Part shown: positions 33,772-43,644 of the stretch, one piece after another
Numbering within the stretch: the stretch's first letter is position 1
Layout of the letters: every line of letters begins with the position of its first letter
Origin: Alphaproteobacteria bacterium
Lineage (GTDB): Bacteria > Pseudomonadota > Alphaproteobacteria > UBA828
Reading direction: 5' to 3'
Assembly: GCA_963422645.2 (NCBI GenBank)
Contig: CAXXVO010000004.1
Coordinates: forward strand, 416,001-480,000
Length of the DNA stretch: 64,000 bases
The notes under the pieces: model-generated
What the model was told of the DNA's origin: nothing
Seen by the model: only the letters and a program-made list of their open reading frames with translations
The model's database searches: none
Position numbers and translations under genes: made by a program

Positions 33772-36245
33772 CAATGGCATTCATTTGGCGCGAAGATTGT
33801 TCCGGGGTTTTTTTGGTGGTGTCGTAACGAGTTGATTTCTTGTGTGGATTGTCGGTCTCGGCGTTTCCCGCACGAGGGGGATTGACCGGCGGCGTGTGCT
33901 TTGGCACACTGTGGCTGTCCCCCTGTCAGTGGAGCCGGCCCATGGACCCCCGCATCACCGCGCTGAAGTCGACGACCTTTTTCGGCAGACGTCTGACCCG
34001 CCGGCAGATTGCCGACATCCAGGAGACGGTGGCGCTGTTTCCGGCGATCAGCCGCAACGAGCTCGGGCACACGATCTGCGAGCATTTGAACTGGCGCGCG
34101 CCGAGCGGGCGGAACCGTGTCGCGGTCTGCCTGCGGATGCTGGAGGAGTTGGAGCGGCTGGGCATCCTGACCCTGCCGGCGCGGGACGAGGCGCAGGTGC
34201 GGGGGCCGCAGGAGGCGATGGCCCGGAGCGAGCGGACGGCGCCGGCCGCGGCGATCGCGGAGGACCTGGCCGCGCTGATGCCGCTGCGCCTGTCGATTGC
34301 GGCGGGCAAGGAGGAGGGCGGGCTGTGGAACGAGTTCGTCGCGCGCCACCACTATCTCGGGCTGCATCGTCTGGTCGGCGCGCATCTGCGCTATTTTCTC
34401 CTGGACCGCCACGGGCGGCCTCTGGGCTGCCTTCTGTTTGCCCGGGCGTCGCGCACGCTGCCCTGCCGCGACGAGTGGATCGGGTGGCCGGCGGAAGGCT
34501 TCCGCAAGCACCTCGATCTGGTCGTGGGTCACACGCGTTTCCTGATCTTTCCCTGGGTCCGGGTCGACAACCTGGCGTCGAAAGCGCTGTCGATGGCGCT
34601 GCGCCAGCTGCCCGGCGACTGGGAGGCGCGCTTCGGAGCGCGCCCGGTTCTGGTGGAGACCTTCGTGGACCCCAGCCTCTTCGACGGCGCCTGCTACCGC
34701 GCGGCCAACTGGCGCTGTCTCGGCGAGACCGGGGGCGGCAAGGGCAAGACCCGCAAAAGCGTCTACGTCTACCCGCTGACGCCGGACTTCCGCTCGATCC
34801 TGCTCGAAGGCCCGCGGCCGGCGCGGCGCGGGAACAGGACACGGCCGGCAGCGCTGGCGCCGGACGATCCCTTCGTGGCGCTGTGGCAGGACCTGATCGG
34901 TGCACTGGCGGCGGTGGCCGCCGATCACGACCGGGTGTGGCAGAGCCGCCGGCGGGTCCTCGACACCCTTCTCGTCATGCTCTTCATCTTCCGGCTGGCG
35001 TTCTCGAACGGCCGCGCGGGCTACGCCACGACGCTGGCCGGGCTGTGGGAGCAGTGCCGGGTCCTGGGCGTCGCACTGCCGCAGCCGGCGCCGGTCTCGG
35101 CCTCGGCGATGTGCATGGCGCGGGCCAAGGTCGACGAGGCGGTGTTCAAGACGCTGCACGCCGAGATCCTCAAGCGCGCCGACGGCCCGGCCTGGAAGGG
35201 CCACCGCGTGTTCGCGGTCGACGGCTCCAGGCTCAACCTGCCGCGGCCGCTGCTCAAGGCCGGCTACCGCACGCCCTCCGAGGCGGCCCACTACCCGCAG
35301 GGCCTGCTGAGTTGCCTCTACCGGCTGCACGCGAACATCCCGGTGGACTTCGACCTGGTCGCGCACGGCGACGAAAGAAGGGCCGCCCTCGCCCACCTCA
35401 AGGCGCTCTCGGCCAACGACATCGTGGTCTATGACCGCGGCTACTACTCTTGGGAGATGCTGCACGCCCATGTCGCCCGCGGCCTGCACCCCGTGTTCCG
35501 GATCAAGAAGAAGGCAGGCGCCGCCCTCGACGCCTTCATCGCCGACGGCCGCACGGACGCGCCGATCACCGTCGCTCCCGGAAAGGACACCCTGAGAAAG
35601 CTGCGCCGCAAGACGCCGCACGTCGACGCCACCCCGCTGCGCCTGCGACTGGTCCGCTACCGCATCGGCAGCACGGTCTTCATCCTCGCCACCACCCTCC
35701 TCGACCCCAAGGCCTGGAGCGTCGCGGAACTGGCCGAGCTCTATCACGCGCGCTGGGGAATCGAGGAACTCTACAAGACCTCGAAACAGGCCATGGCCGT
35801 CGAGGCCTTCCACAGCCAGACCGAGCGCGGCGTCCGCCAGGAGCTCTTCGCCCACTTCAACCTCATCGCCATGACCCGGCTCTTCACCAACCGCAGCAAC
35901 GCAAGCCTCGACGCCGAGCGCCCTGCCGACGGCAAGCCGGCGATGAAAGCCAACTTCAGCAACGGCCTCGCCACCGTCGCGCGCAACCTCGAAGCGCTGC
36001 TGCTGCGCCATACGGCGATGGTCGCCGAAACCCTCAGCCATGTCCTCTCCTGCATCAACCAGGCGCGTCAGCGCCCGCGCCCCGGCCGGTCCTGCGAACG
36101 CAGGTCGCGCAAACCCCGCGGCAAGTGGGCACGCGCAAAGCGGGCCGTCGCCTGAACACCTGAACGACAGAAACGCACGCAACCGACAGCGCAAGAACAC
36201 GACTCCTTAAGTGAACAGTCGAAAACCGCTAAGTGAATGCCATTG
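33772..36245 (+). mobile_element. IS4-family element (2474 bp) with 10-bp TSD
   Basis: TIR CAATGGCATTCATTTGGCG vs CAATGGCATTCACTTAGCG (17/19); TSD GGCTGCACGG at 33762-33771 and 36246-36255. Confidence 0.93.
33942..36155 (+). CDS. DUF4338 domain fused to IS4-family DDE transposase (737 aa)
   Basis: N-half WNEFVARHHYLG..RFLIFPW..NLASKAL..PVLVETFVD..GACYRAANW; C-half AVDGS, YDRGYYS, YHARWGIEELYK (YREK motif). Confidence 0.9.
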   Translation: MDPRITALKSTTFFGRRLTRRQIADIQETVALFPAISRNELGHTICEHLNWRAPSGRNRVAVCLRMLEELERLGILTLPARDEAQVRGPQEAMARSERTAPAAAIAEDLAALMPLRLSIAAGKEEGGLWNEFVARHHYLGLHRLVGAHLRYFLLDRHGRPLGCLLFARASRTLPCRDEWIGWPAEGFRKHLDLVVGHTRFLIFPWVRVDNLASKALSMALRQLPGDWEARFGARPVLVETFVDPSLFDGACYRAANWRCLGETGGGKGKTRKSVYVYPLTPDFRSILLEGPRPARRGNRTRPAALAPDDPFVALWQDLIGALAAVAADHDRVWQSRRRVLDTLLVMLFIFRLAFSNGRAGYATTLAGLWEQCRVLGVALPQPAPVSASAMCMARAKVDEAVFKTLHAEILKRADGPAWKGHRVFAVDGSRLNLPRPLLKAGYRTPSEAAHYPQGLLSCLYRLHANIPVDFDLVAHGDERRAALAHLKALSANDIVVYDRGYYSWEMLHAHVARGLHPVFRIKKKAGAALDAFIADGRTDAPITVAPGKDTLRKLRRKTPHVDATPLRLRLVRYRIGSTVFILATTLLDPKAWSVAELAELYHARWGIEELYKTSKQAMAVEAFHSQTERGVRQELFAHFNLIAMTRLFTNRSNASLDAERPADGKPAMKANFSNGLATVARNLEALLLRHTAMVAETLSHVLSCINQARQRPRPGRSCERRSRKPRGKWARAKRAVA

Positions 36246-36758
36246 GGCTGCACGGAGGACGGCACAGCATTTCGCATCTGATACGTCGCTTACGTCGCGA
36301 CGTTGGTCAGCGCGCAGATTGGACGCTGGTAAGCATCATAACCCTTTGAGTTTACTGAAGTTGATGGGGTCAAGGTTGAGCGCGGAACAACACCCAGACA
36401 GACAAGGGGCCATAGGTGGCGCATTTTTTTGCACCGCCGCGACCGGACCGCCCGGCCGCTCCGCGTGGTGCATTATTCCAACGCCGGTAACAGGCGCGGC
36501 GAGGAAAACCCGGCATCGGCTCGATCGGCACGACCAGGATACCGACGGGCGTGGTGTGGCGCGGGCTCTCTTGATTGAATGACATCGCCCTCGGTACAAC
36601 ACTGCAAATCGGCAATGTGGACACTTGAAAGGCCGCAGGTGCGAGGAAGGCGTCACCCAGTCTGGTCAACTAAAGCCTGGCTTGACAACGCCTCGCGCCG
36701 ACGTGCGACCGGCACCGAGCACAATCCGTACAACCACAAACGAATGTGGGACCCTACG

Positions 36759-39238
36759 ATGAGAATAATCCTCATAGCGCTCGCCGTGGCTGCCATGCTC
36801 GCGGCGGGTCAGGTCCGTGCCGGCGCGCTGGCGCCGGCCCCGCAGATCATCGCCGAGTACGACCGCAGCTTCATTGAGCGCTCCGGCGCCCAGACGTTCG
36901 GCGAGATGCTCGACACGGGCATCATCCGCTACTTCTTCACCGGAGGGCGCGACCTGCTCATCATGTTGAACGGTCGGCCCTACGCGACGACCGCGCACAA
37001 TCTGGACTCCCTCCCGCTCTCGGCGGTCGAGCGCATCGAGGTGCTGAGAGGCGAGAGCCTGGGGACGATCGGCGGCCACGCCGCGGTACGTGGCGCATTC
37101 AACCTCGTGCTGAGAAAGGATCTGGACGGCTTCGACGTGCGCTCGGTCGCCAGGATGCCGAGCCAAGACGGCGGCGACGCGCGTCAGGGCAGCGTCGTAT
37201 GGGGCGGCGCGATCGGCGATGGCGGACACATGACCATCGGCGTCGACATCCTCGACCGCCAGGAGATCACGGGCAGCACCCGCGAGCACAGCCGCTCGGA
37301 TTGGACGGAGGGCGGGAGCTTCGCCGAGGCGAAAAACGTGAGCGTCGGCGGCAACACGGTCTACGTCTTCGATAGAAGTGAAGGCGCGCTGAGGACGGTG
37401 CCGCTCGGCACATGCGACCCGGCGCACGGCTACACCGGCCCGCTCAGCAACCCGCCGGGGATCGACTCGGGCGACAAGGGCTGCGGGTTCGCCTACGGCG
37501 ACTTCTGGTGGGACAGCGCGAGCTACGACCAGAGAAACGCAATCCTGAGCCTCGACCACCCGCTCGGAGAGCACACCGAGCTCCACGTGGACGCAAACGT
37601 CACGGACGGAAGCTCGGCCTTCCGCTACGCACCGTCGGTCGATGTCTTCTCCGCCTCCCCGAGCGAGAGCCTGCTCAACGCAATCAACGCATCGGCGCGC
37701 AACGCCGACCCGGTGTTCGAGGCGACGGGAGAGGATGTCTTCGCGGTCGGGCACCGTTTCATCGGACATGGCAACCGGGATTGGAGGACGAGCACCGAGG
37801 AGTACGACGTCTCGGCAAGCGTCAAGGGCCGGTTCAGCGAAGGCCTTGGCTACGACGCCCTCGTCAGCGCCTTCAGGTTCGACGGCGCGGTGAGAGGCGA
37901 TACCTTCGTGGACGCCGCGAAATCATCGGGCAAGAGATCGAGGCCGGAAGGTACGACCTGACCGATCCGCTGTCGGTGGAATCGGACCACCTCGAAGCGA
38001 TCAAGAGGAGCAGCCTACGCGAGGAGGAGGACCTCGGTTCGCGATATCTGGGCGCGCGTCTCGCGCTCGAGGGCGCCGGGCCGGGCATCGGCGGGCGCGA
38101 CTCGGCATGGACTGCGGGGGTCGAACTCGCCGACGTGGAGGCCCACAGCCGGCTGGCGTTCCGGGCGAGAGACGGCCGGACCCTCGACGTAAATGGCGTG
38201 CTCGGGTCGGGCGGCACCAGCTACGCCGGCGAGCGCAATGCGGCTGGAGCCTTCGCCGAGGCGTCCCTGCCCCTCGCCGACCGCGTGGATGTGAGAGCCG
38301 CAGCACGGGCCGACGAGTACGACGACGTCGGCGGGCTGCGCGCGTGGCGCCTCGGGGCCGAGTACCGCCCGATGGACATCGTGACGCTGCGCGGCTCGTT
38401 GAGCACGGGCGATAAAGCGCCCTCGATGCACCATCTGCACAGCACCGCATCGCAGGACCACCCCTATGTCCGTTGCGTCCCGGAGAGTGGACCGCCGCCT
38501 CGCACGTGCGACACGGCGAACTACCGGCAGGTGACCCGTCTTACGAGCGGCAACCCCGAACTCGAGCCGTCGGGATCGGGGAGGCGCTCCATCGGCGCCG
38601 AGGTCCGCAGGGGGCCATTCTACCTCGTCGCCGACTGGTACTGGCTCACGACCTCGGAGCTGCCGGGGCAGCACGATGCCACCTGGGCGATACTCAACCA
38701 CCCCGAGTGTCCGCCGGGCGGCGGCGGCAGCTGCATCGCGCGCGCGGCCGGAGACATCACCATCCACGATAGCTTCGCGAACATCGTCAAGACCGAGATC
38801 TCGGGAGTTAACACCAGGTTCGGAGCCCGCGCGGAGACCGGCTGGGGCTTCGTCGCAATGCGTGGGTTCTGGCGCTACGTCACCAGCAGCGAGGAGCACA
38901 TCGCAGGCGAGGAACGGCCGTACCCGCTCCCGCGCAACGCCGTGCGCATCGTGACCTCGGTCGGGCGCGGCGACCTCACCGCTTTCTGGGCCGTGAACTA
39001 CCGCGATGAGATCGAGAGCCGGTGGGGCGACGGACGGTTCAAGTCCTGGACCGGCCACGACCTGACCCTCGACTGGAGAGCACCGCTTGGCCTCGAAGAC
39101 ACGCGGGTAACCGCGGGCGTGTACAACGTCACCGACGCGAAGCTCTCCACCAACACCGCGAACCCCTCCGCGACCGACGGACCCACCGCAGCCGGCTGGG
39201 GGCGCACCTTCTTCCTCACATTCAACATGAGGTTCTAA
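36759..39238 (+). pseudogene. TonB-dependent receptor with frameshift near 37918
   Basis: Signal peptide, plug LPLSAVERIEVLR..G..N.VLRK, barrel strands, SGNPELEP, GVYNVTD, C-terminal TFNMRF. Confidence 0.85.
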
Positions 39239-39350
39239 GCAGGGAGCGCGCCCACCCACTTATCCCCGCCAGCTCTGTCCCGTTTCCGAAGTTTATTCCC
39301 AAATTGTCGGGCCGGTGGGAGGTCTTTCCGACCGAGCCTCTCTTACACGT

Positions 39351-39445
39351 CGTCATGCCCGGACTGGTTCCGGGCATCTCCTTCCGTCAGGCCAGCCCGT
39401 CGCTGGGCAAACGCGTGGATGGCCGCAACAAGTGCGGCCATGACG
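39351..39445. repeat. Palindromic REP-like intergenic element (double hairpin)
   Basis: CGTCATG...CATGACG outer inverted repeat with internal hairpins ATGCCCGG/CCGGGCAT and ATGGCCGCA/TGCGGCCAT; resembles alphaproteobacterial interspersed repeats. Confidence 0.7.
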
Positions 39446-39481
39446 TGGTCGGGGAGTCGTAGGCGTGGTGCAAGTTGCGGG

Positions 39482-40111
39482 CTAATCTCCCCCGCCGCCG
39501 CCGTCGACCGAAGGCACGGCCTCGGCCGGCTCGACGAAGCTCGGCTCGGCCTCAGGCGGCCGGGCCTCGGCGCCGACGGCTTCGTCCGCTTGCGCCTGAG
39601 CCTGCGCCGCCTGCTGCTGGCGGTTGCGATAGAGGGCCATGAAGTCGATCGGCGCGAGCATGAGCGGCGGGAAGCCGCCGTCGCGGGTGACATCGGCGAC
39701 GATGCGCCGCGCAAAGGGGAAGAGCAGTCGCGGGCACTCGATCAGCAGCGCCGGCTGCATCGCATCCTGGGGGATGCCGATGAAGGTGAAGACCCCGGCA
39801 TAGCTGAGCTCCACCAGGAAGACGGGCCGCCCCTCGTGCTGCGCGTGGGCTGTAATCTGGAGGACGACCTCGAACTCGGTCTCGCTCTGCCTGCGCGCCT
39901 CGACCTGAACGTTGATCGTGATCTGCGGCGAGCGCTCCGCCTCGGCGGACCGGTTTGCCCCGGTCGGATTCTCGAACGAGAGGTCCTTCACGTATTGGGT
40001 TTGGATTCCGAGCTGCGGCCGTACGTCCTGCGCGCCTTGGGTGCTGCCTGCGCCCGCGGCGCCGGCCGGCGCGGGTGTGGGGGTTCCTGTGCCGGTCTCG
40101 TCAGCCGTCAT
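39482..40111 (-). CDS. secB: Protein export chaperone SecB
   Basis: QYVKDLSFENP, FLVELSYAGVF, CPRLLFPFAR, DGGFPPLML.PIDF. Confidence 0.95.
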   Translation of the reverse strand: MTADETGTGTPTPAPAGAAGAGSTQGAQDVRPQLGIQTQYVKDLSFENPTGANRSAEAERSPQITINVQVEARRQSETEFEVVLQITAHAQHEGRPVFLVELSYAGVFTFIGIPQDAMQPALLIECPRLLFPFARRIVADVTRDGGFPPLMLAPIDFMALYRNRQQQAAQAQAQADEAVGAEARPPEAEPSFVEPAEAVPSVDGGGGGD

Positions 40112-40596
40112 CGCTCTTCTCCTTGGGGGCGCACGTGGGGGGGCCCGGGTTTGGGTGTCTCGTCGAGCACCGTGTATTCGCCGTCGATGACCCGCCCGTC
40201 CCCGGCAGCCGATGCCGGGCCGGCATCGGAATCGCCGTAGCGGGCCTGAGGCGCAAAACGGGCCAGCAGGCGGCGCAGGAGACTACGGCGAAGCGGCGGC
40301 AGCAACAACAGGGTCCCCAGCGCGTCGGTGAAGAAGCCGGGCGTCAGCAGCAGCACCGCCGCCATTGCCAGCGCCGCGCCCTCGGCCATCTCGGCCACCG
40401 GAAGCCGGTTCGCCGCGAGCTGCTGGCGCGCCCGCGCCAGAGTCTGCAGGCCCTGCCAGCGCAGGATCAAGCCGCCCACCACGGCGGTGCCGACGATCAG
40501 CCCAATCGTCGGCCACGTTCCTATGACGCTCCCGACTTCGAGGAAGATGAAGATCTCGCCGACGGGAATCGCCAACAAAAGCAGCAGGAGGGGCAT
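40108..40596 (-). CDS. fxsA: FxsA family membrane protein
   Basis: P..EI..F..VG..IG.WPT, LLLTPGFFTD.LG, VIDGEY. Confidence 0.92.
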   Translation of the reverse strand: MPLLLLLLAIPVGEIFIFLEVGSVIGTWPTIGLIVGTAVVGGLILRWQGLQTLARARQQLAANRLPVAEMAEGAALAMAAVLLLTPGFFTDALGTLLLLPPLRRSLLRRLLARFAPQARYGDSDAGPASAAGDGRVIDGEYTVLDETPKPGPPHVRPQGEER

Positions 40597-40796
40597 AAAG
40601 GCGGTGTGCTCCGTGCTTGCGCTCGCGCGGCGCTCTACCTATCTTGCATTGTGTCGGCTCCCCGCGCCGTGCTTCGGCGGGACCGTCGCTCGCGCCGGGG
40701 TCGCCGGCGAGCGCCGCTGACGGGGACCCGAGATTCGGTGGCCGTATTCGGCAGCCATTGTGCGACGGAACGCCGCCTGCCCACAAGGTTCGGGAC

Positions 40797-41603
40797 ATGT
40801 CCGACGGATTTCAGTTCTACGACATCATTTTCTTCGCGCTGATCGCGATCTTCATCATCCTGCGGTTACGCGGCGTTCTCGGGCGGCGGACCGGCCAGCA
40901 GCGCCAGCGCCATCCCGACCGCTTCGCCCGAACCGAGCAGCCCCCCGAGGAAAGCCAGGGCCAGGGGCCGAGCCAAGGCCAGGGCGAAGTCGTCCAGCTG
41001 CCGGATCGCACCCGGCCCGCGCGCGAGGCGCCCCAGGACGTGATGGCGGAAGACGTGATGGCGGAAGACGTGGCGCCCGAGCCCGCCGCGCCGCACCCGA
41101 TGCGGGCCGCGAAGCACGAGGCGGCGCCGGAACAGGACGATGCGATCGGCGGCCTCAGAGCAAGCCTCGAGCAGATCAAGCGGGCGGACCACGAATTCTC
41201 GCCGCGCCAATTCGCAACCGGTGCGCAGGCAGCCTTCGAGATGGTGGTGGAGGCCTTTGCCAACGGCGATACGGCGACGCTCCGCCCCCTGCTGGGCGAC
41301 GATGTGTATGACGAGTTCGCGGCGGCCATCCGCGACCGCATGGCGGAGGGGCACAGTCAGGAGACCACCATCGTGGCCCTCGACGCGGCCGAGATCATCA
41401 GCGCCGAGATGCGCTCCAGCACCGCACGGGTGACGGTGAAGTTCGTGAGCCAGCAGATCAACGTGGTCCGCGACAAGGATGGCGAGGAGGTCGGCGGCGG
41501 TTCCAGCCTGATCGAGCGGGTTACCGACATCTGGACCTTCGCCCGCAACACCCGCTCGTCCGATCCCAACTGGGCGCTGATCGAGACCAGCATCCCCAAT
41601 TGA
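40797..41603 (+). CDS. Tim44/TimA family protein
   Basis: DIIFFALIAIFIILRLRGVLGRRTG, DIWTFAR..S.DPNW.L; conserved position between fxsA and mltA. Confidence 0.9.
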   Translation: MSDGFQFYDIIFFALIAIFIILRLRGVLGRRTGQQRQRHPDRFARTEQPPEESQGQGPSQGQGEVVQLPDRTRPAREAPQDVMAEDVMAEDVAPEPAAPHPMRAAKHEAAPEQDDAIGGLRASLEQIKRADHEFSPRQFATGAQAAFEMVVEAFANGDTATLRPLLGDDVYDEFAAAIRDRMAEGHSQETTIVALDAAEIISAEMRSSTARVTVKFVSQQINVVRDKDGEEVGGGSSLIERVTDIWTFARNTRSSDPNWALIETSIPN

Positions 41604-42811
41604 GGGCTCTGATTCGGCGCTGGCCGTGGGTGCCGGCGGCCGTCGTGATCCTCATGCAAGGCTGCGCCCCCGGACCCGATCGACCCGAGCCGGACCGGCT
41701 GGTGCTGCGGCCCGTCTCGTTCCAGGACCTGCCCGGCTGGCAAGCCGACGACCAGAGTGCGGCACTCCAGGCGCTGCGGCGTTCGTGCGCGGCTCTTGAG
41801 GACCGGGCCGACGACGAGCCGCTGGATATCGCAGCGCCGGGCGGCCGCGTCGGCGATTGGCGCGCGATCTGCAGGGCCTCCGCCGGGCTGGAGGGCGTTG
41901 ACCGGGCTCGCGGGTTTTTCGAAGCGCACTTCACGCCCTATGAGGCGCGCAACGGTGCGCAGGCCGCGGGCCTCTTCACTGGCTACTTCGAGCCGGAACT
42001 GCGCGGCGCCACGCGGGCAGGCGGGCGCTATGGCGTGCCGCTCTACGGCCGCCCGGACGATCTGGTGACGGTCGATCTCGGCCTGTTTCGGCCTTCGCTC
42101 GCCGGCGAGCGGGTCGCCGGGCGGGTGGCGAACGCCGCGCTGGAGCCCTATGCGACGCGGGCCGAAATCGACGGCGGCGTGCTGGCGGCGCAGGGGCTGG
42201 AGCTCGTCTGGGTGGACGACCCCGTCGACGCCTTCTTTCTGCACATCCAGGGCTCCGGCCGGATCTCCTTCGAGGACGGTACGACCCGTCGCGTCGCCTA
42301 CGCCGCCACCAACGGGCACAACTACTTCGCGATCGGCCGGCGGCTGGTCGATCTCGGCGTGCTCGACCGCGAGGACGTGACGATGCCGGCGATTCGGGAC
42401 TGGCTGGCAGCGAACCCCGAGCGGGCGTCCGAGGTTATGCGCGAGAACGCGTCCTACGTGTTCTTCCGCTGGCTTGAGGAGGAGCAGGCGACGGAAGGCC
42501 CGGTCGGCGCGCAGGGCGTGGCGCTCACCGCCGGTCGCTCTCTCGCGGTCGACCGACGCTTCGTGCCGATGACCGTGCCGATCTGGCTGGAGAGCGCGGC
42601 ACCCGACCCCGATCCAGCCAGGGAGGATCGCCCGCTCAGGCGCCTGATGGTGGCACAGGATACCGGCAGCGCGATCCGCGGCCCGGTGCGCGGCGACGTC
42701 TTCTGGGGTACGGGTGCCGAGGCCGGCGCGGTCGCCGGCCGCATGAGGCACGAGGGCCGCTACTGGCTGCTCCTGCCCCACGGTCTCGACGTAAGGGCGT
42801 ACCTCGATTAG
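41600..42811 (+). CDS. mltA: Membrane-bound lytic murein transglycosylase A
   Basis: Lipobox-like QGC, TGYFEP, HIQGSG, SYVFF, AQDTGSAIRGPVRGDVFWG. Confidence 0.93.
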   Translation: MRALIRRWPWVPAAVVILMQGCAPGPDRPEPDRLVLRPVSFQDLPGWQADDQSAALQALRRSCAALEDRADDEPLDIAAPGGRVGDWRAICRASAGLEGVDRARGFFEAHFTPYEARNGAQAAGLFTGYFEPELRGATRAGGRYGVPLYGRPDDLVTVDLGLFRPSLAGERVAGRVANAALEPYATRAEIDGGVLAAQGLELVWVDDPVDAFFLHIQGSGRISFEDGTTRRVAYAATNGHNYFAIGRRLVDLGVLDREDVTMPAIRDWLAANPERASEVMRENASYVFFRWLEEEQATEGPVGAQGVALTAGRSLAVDRRFVPMTVPIWLESAAPDPDPAREDRPLRRLMVAQDTGSAIRGPVRGDVFWGTGAEAGAVAGRMRHEGRYWLLLPHGLDVRAYLD

Positions 42812-42847
42812 TCTCTCGGTTCCTTTTCCCAGGTTGTAGAGCCGTCC

Positions 42848-43621
42848 ATGCCCGCAACGCCTCGCCGGGTCGGCCTCTTCGTGACATGCCTCGTCGACCT
42901 GTTCCGGCCGACCGTGGGCTTCGCCGCGGCGAAGCTGCTGGAGCGCGCCGGCTGCGAGGTGGTCGTGCCGAAGGCGCAGGTCTGCTGCGGCCAGCCCGCC
43001 TACAACTCCGGCGACCGCGCCGATACCAAGGCGATCGCGCGCAACGTGATCGATGCCTTCGAGCCCTTCGATGCGACCGTGGCGCCGTCGGGCTCCTGCG
43101 CCGGCATGATCAAGCGCCACTATCCGGCGCTCTTCGCCGGTGACCCGGTCTGGGAGGCGCGCGCCCAGCGCCTCGCCGAGCGCACCTTCGAGCTTGTCTC
43201 GTTCCTGACCGATCAGTGCGGCGTCGAGTCCGTGGACGCGCGCCATAGGGGAAGGGTCACCTACCACGACTCCTGTTCGAGCTTGCGCGAGCTTGGGGTC
43301 CGGGCGCAGCCGCGGCGGCTGCTCGCGAGCGTCGATGGGCTTGAGCTTGCCGAGCTCTCGGCGCCCGATGTCTGCTGCGGCTTCGGCGGAACCTTCTGCG
43401 TCAAGTACCCCGACATCTCGGGCCGCATGGTGACGGACAAGGCGAAGGACATCGCCGCCACCGGCGCGGACACGGTGCTCGCCAGCGACATGGGCTGCCT
43501 GCTCAACATCGCGGGCCGGCTGAGCCGCGAGGGCTCGGGCGTGAAGGTGCGCCACGTCGCCGAGGTGCTTGCCGGCATGGACGACCGCCCCGCCATCGGC
43601 GAGCCGGCGCGGGGCGGTTGA
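42848..43621 (+). CDS. lutA: L-lactate utilization Fe-S protein LutA/LldE
   Basis: Two CCG domains (QVCCGQP, CCGFGGTF), YHDSC. Confidence 0.9.
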   Translation: MPATPRRVGLFVTCLVDLFRPTVGFAAAKLLERAGCEVVVPKAQVCCGQPAYNSGDRADTKAIARNVIDAFEPFDATVAPSGSCAGMIKRHYPALFAGDPVWEARAQRLAERTFELVSFLTDQCGVESVDARHRGRVTYHDSCSSLRELGVRAQPRRLLASVDGLELAELSAPDVCCGFGGTFCVKYPDISGRMVTDKAKDIAATGADTVLASDMGCLLNIAGRLSREGSGVKVRHVAEVLAGMDDRPAIGEPARGG

Positions 43622-43644
43622 AGGCCGCGTAAGGGCGCTGAGCC

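Noticed and set aside
15578-36155. Druantia defence system
   Set aside because: Only DUF4338 domains in transposon contexts; no DruE-like helicase or other Dru genes seen in the window
33600-36200. 866-aa minus-strand ORF
   Set aside because: Antisense shadow of the DUF4338-IS4 transposase
41037-41072. 15-bp tandem repeat GACGTGATGGCGGAA
   Set aside because: In-frame duplication in a low-complexity linker of the Tim44/TimA gene; not a CRISPR or regulatory array
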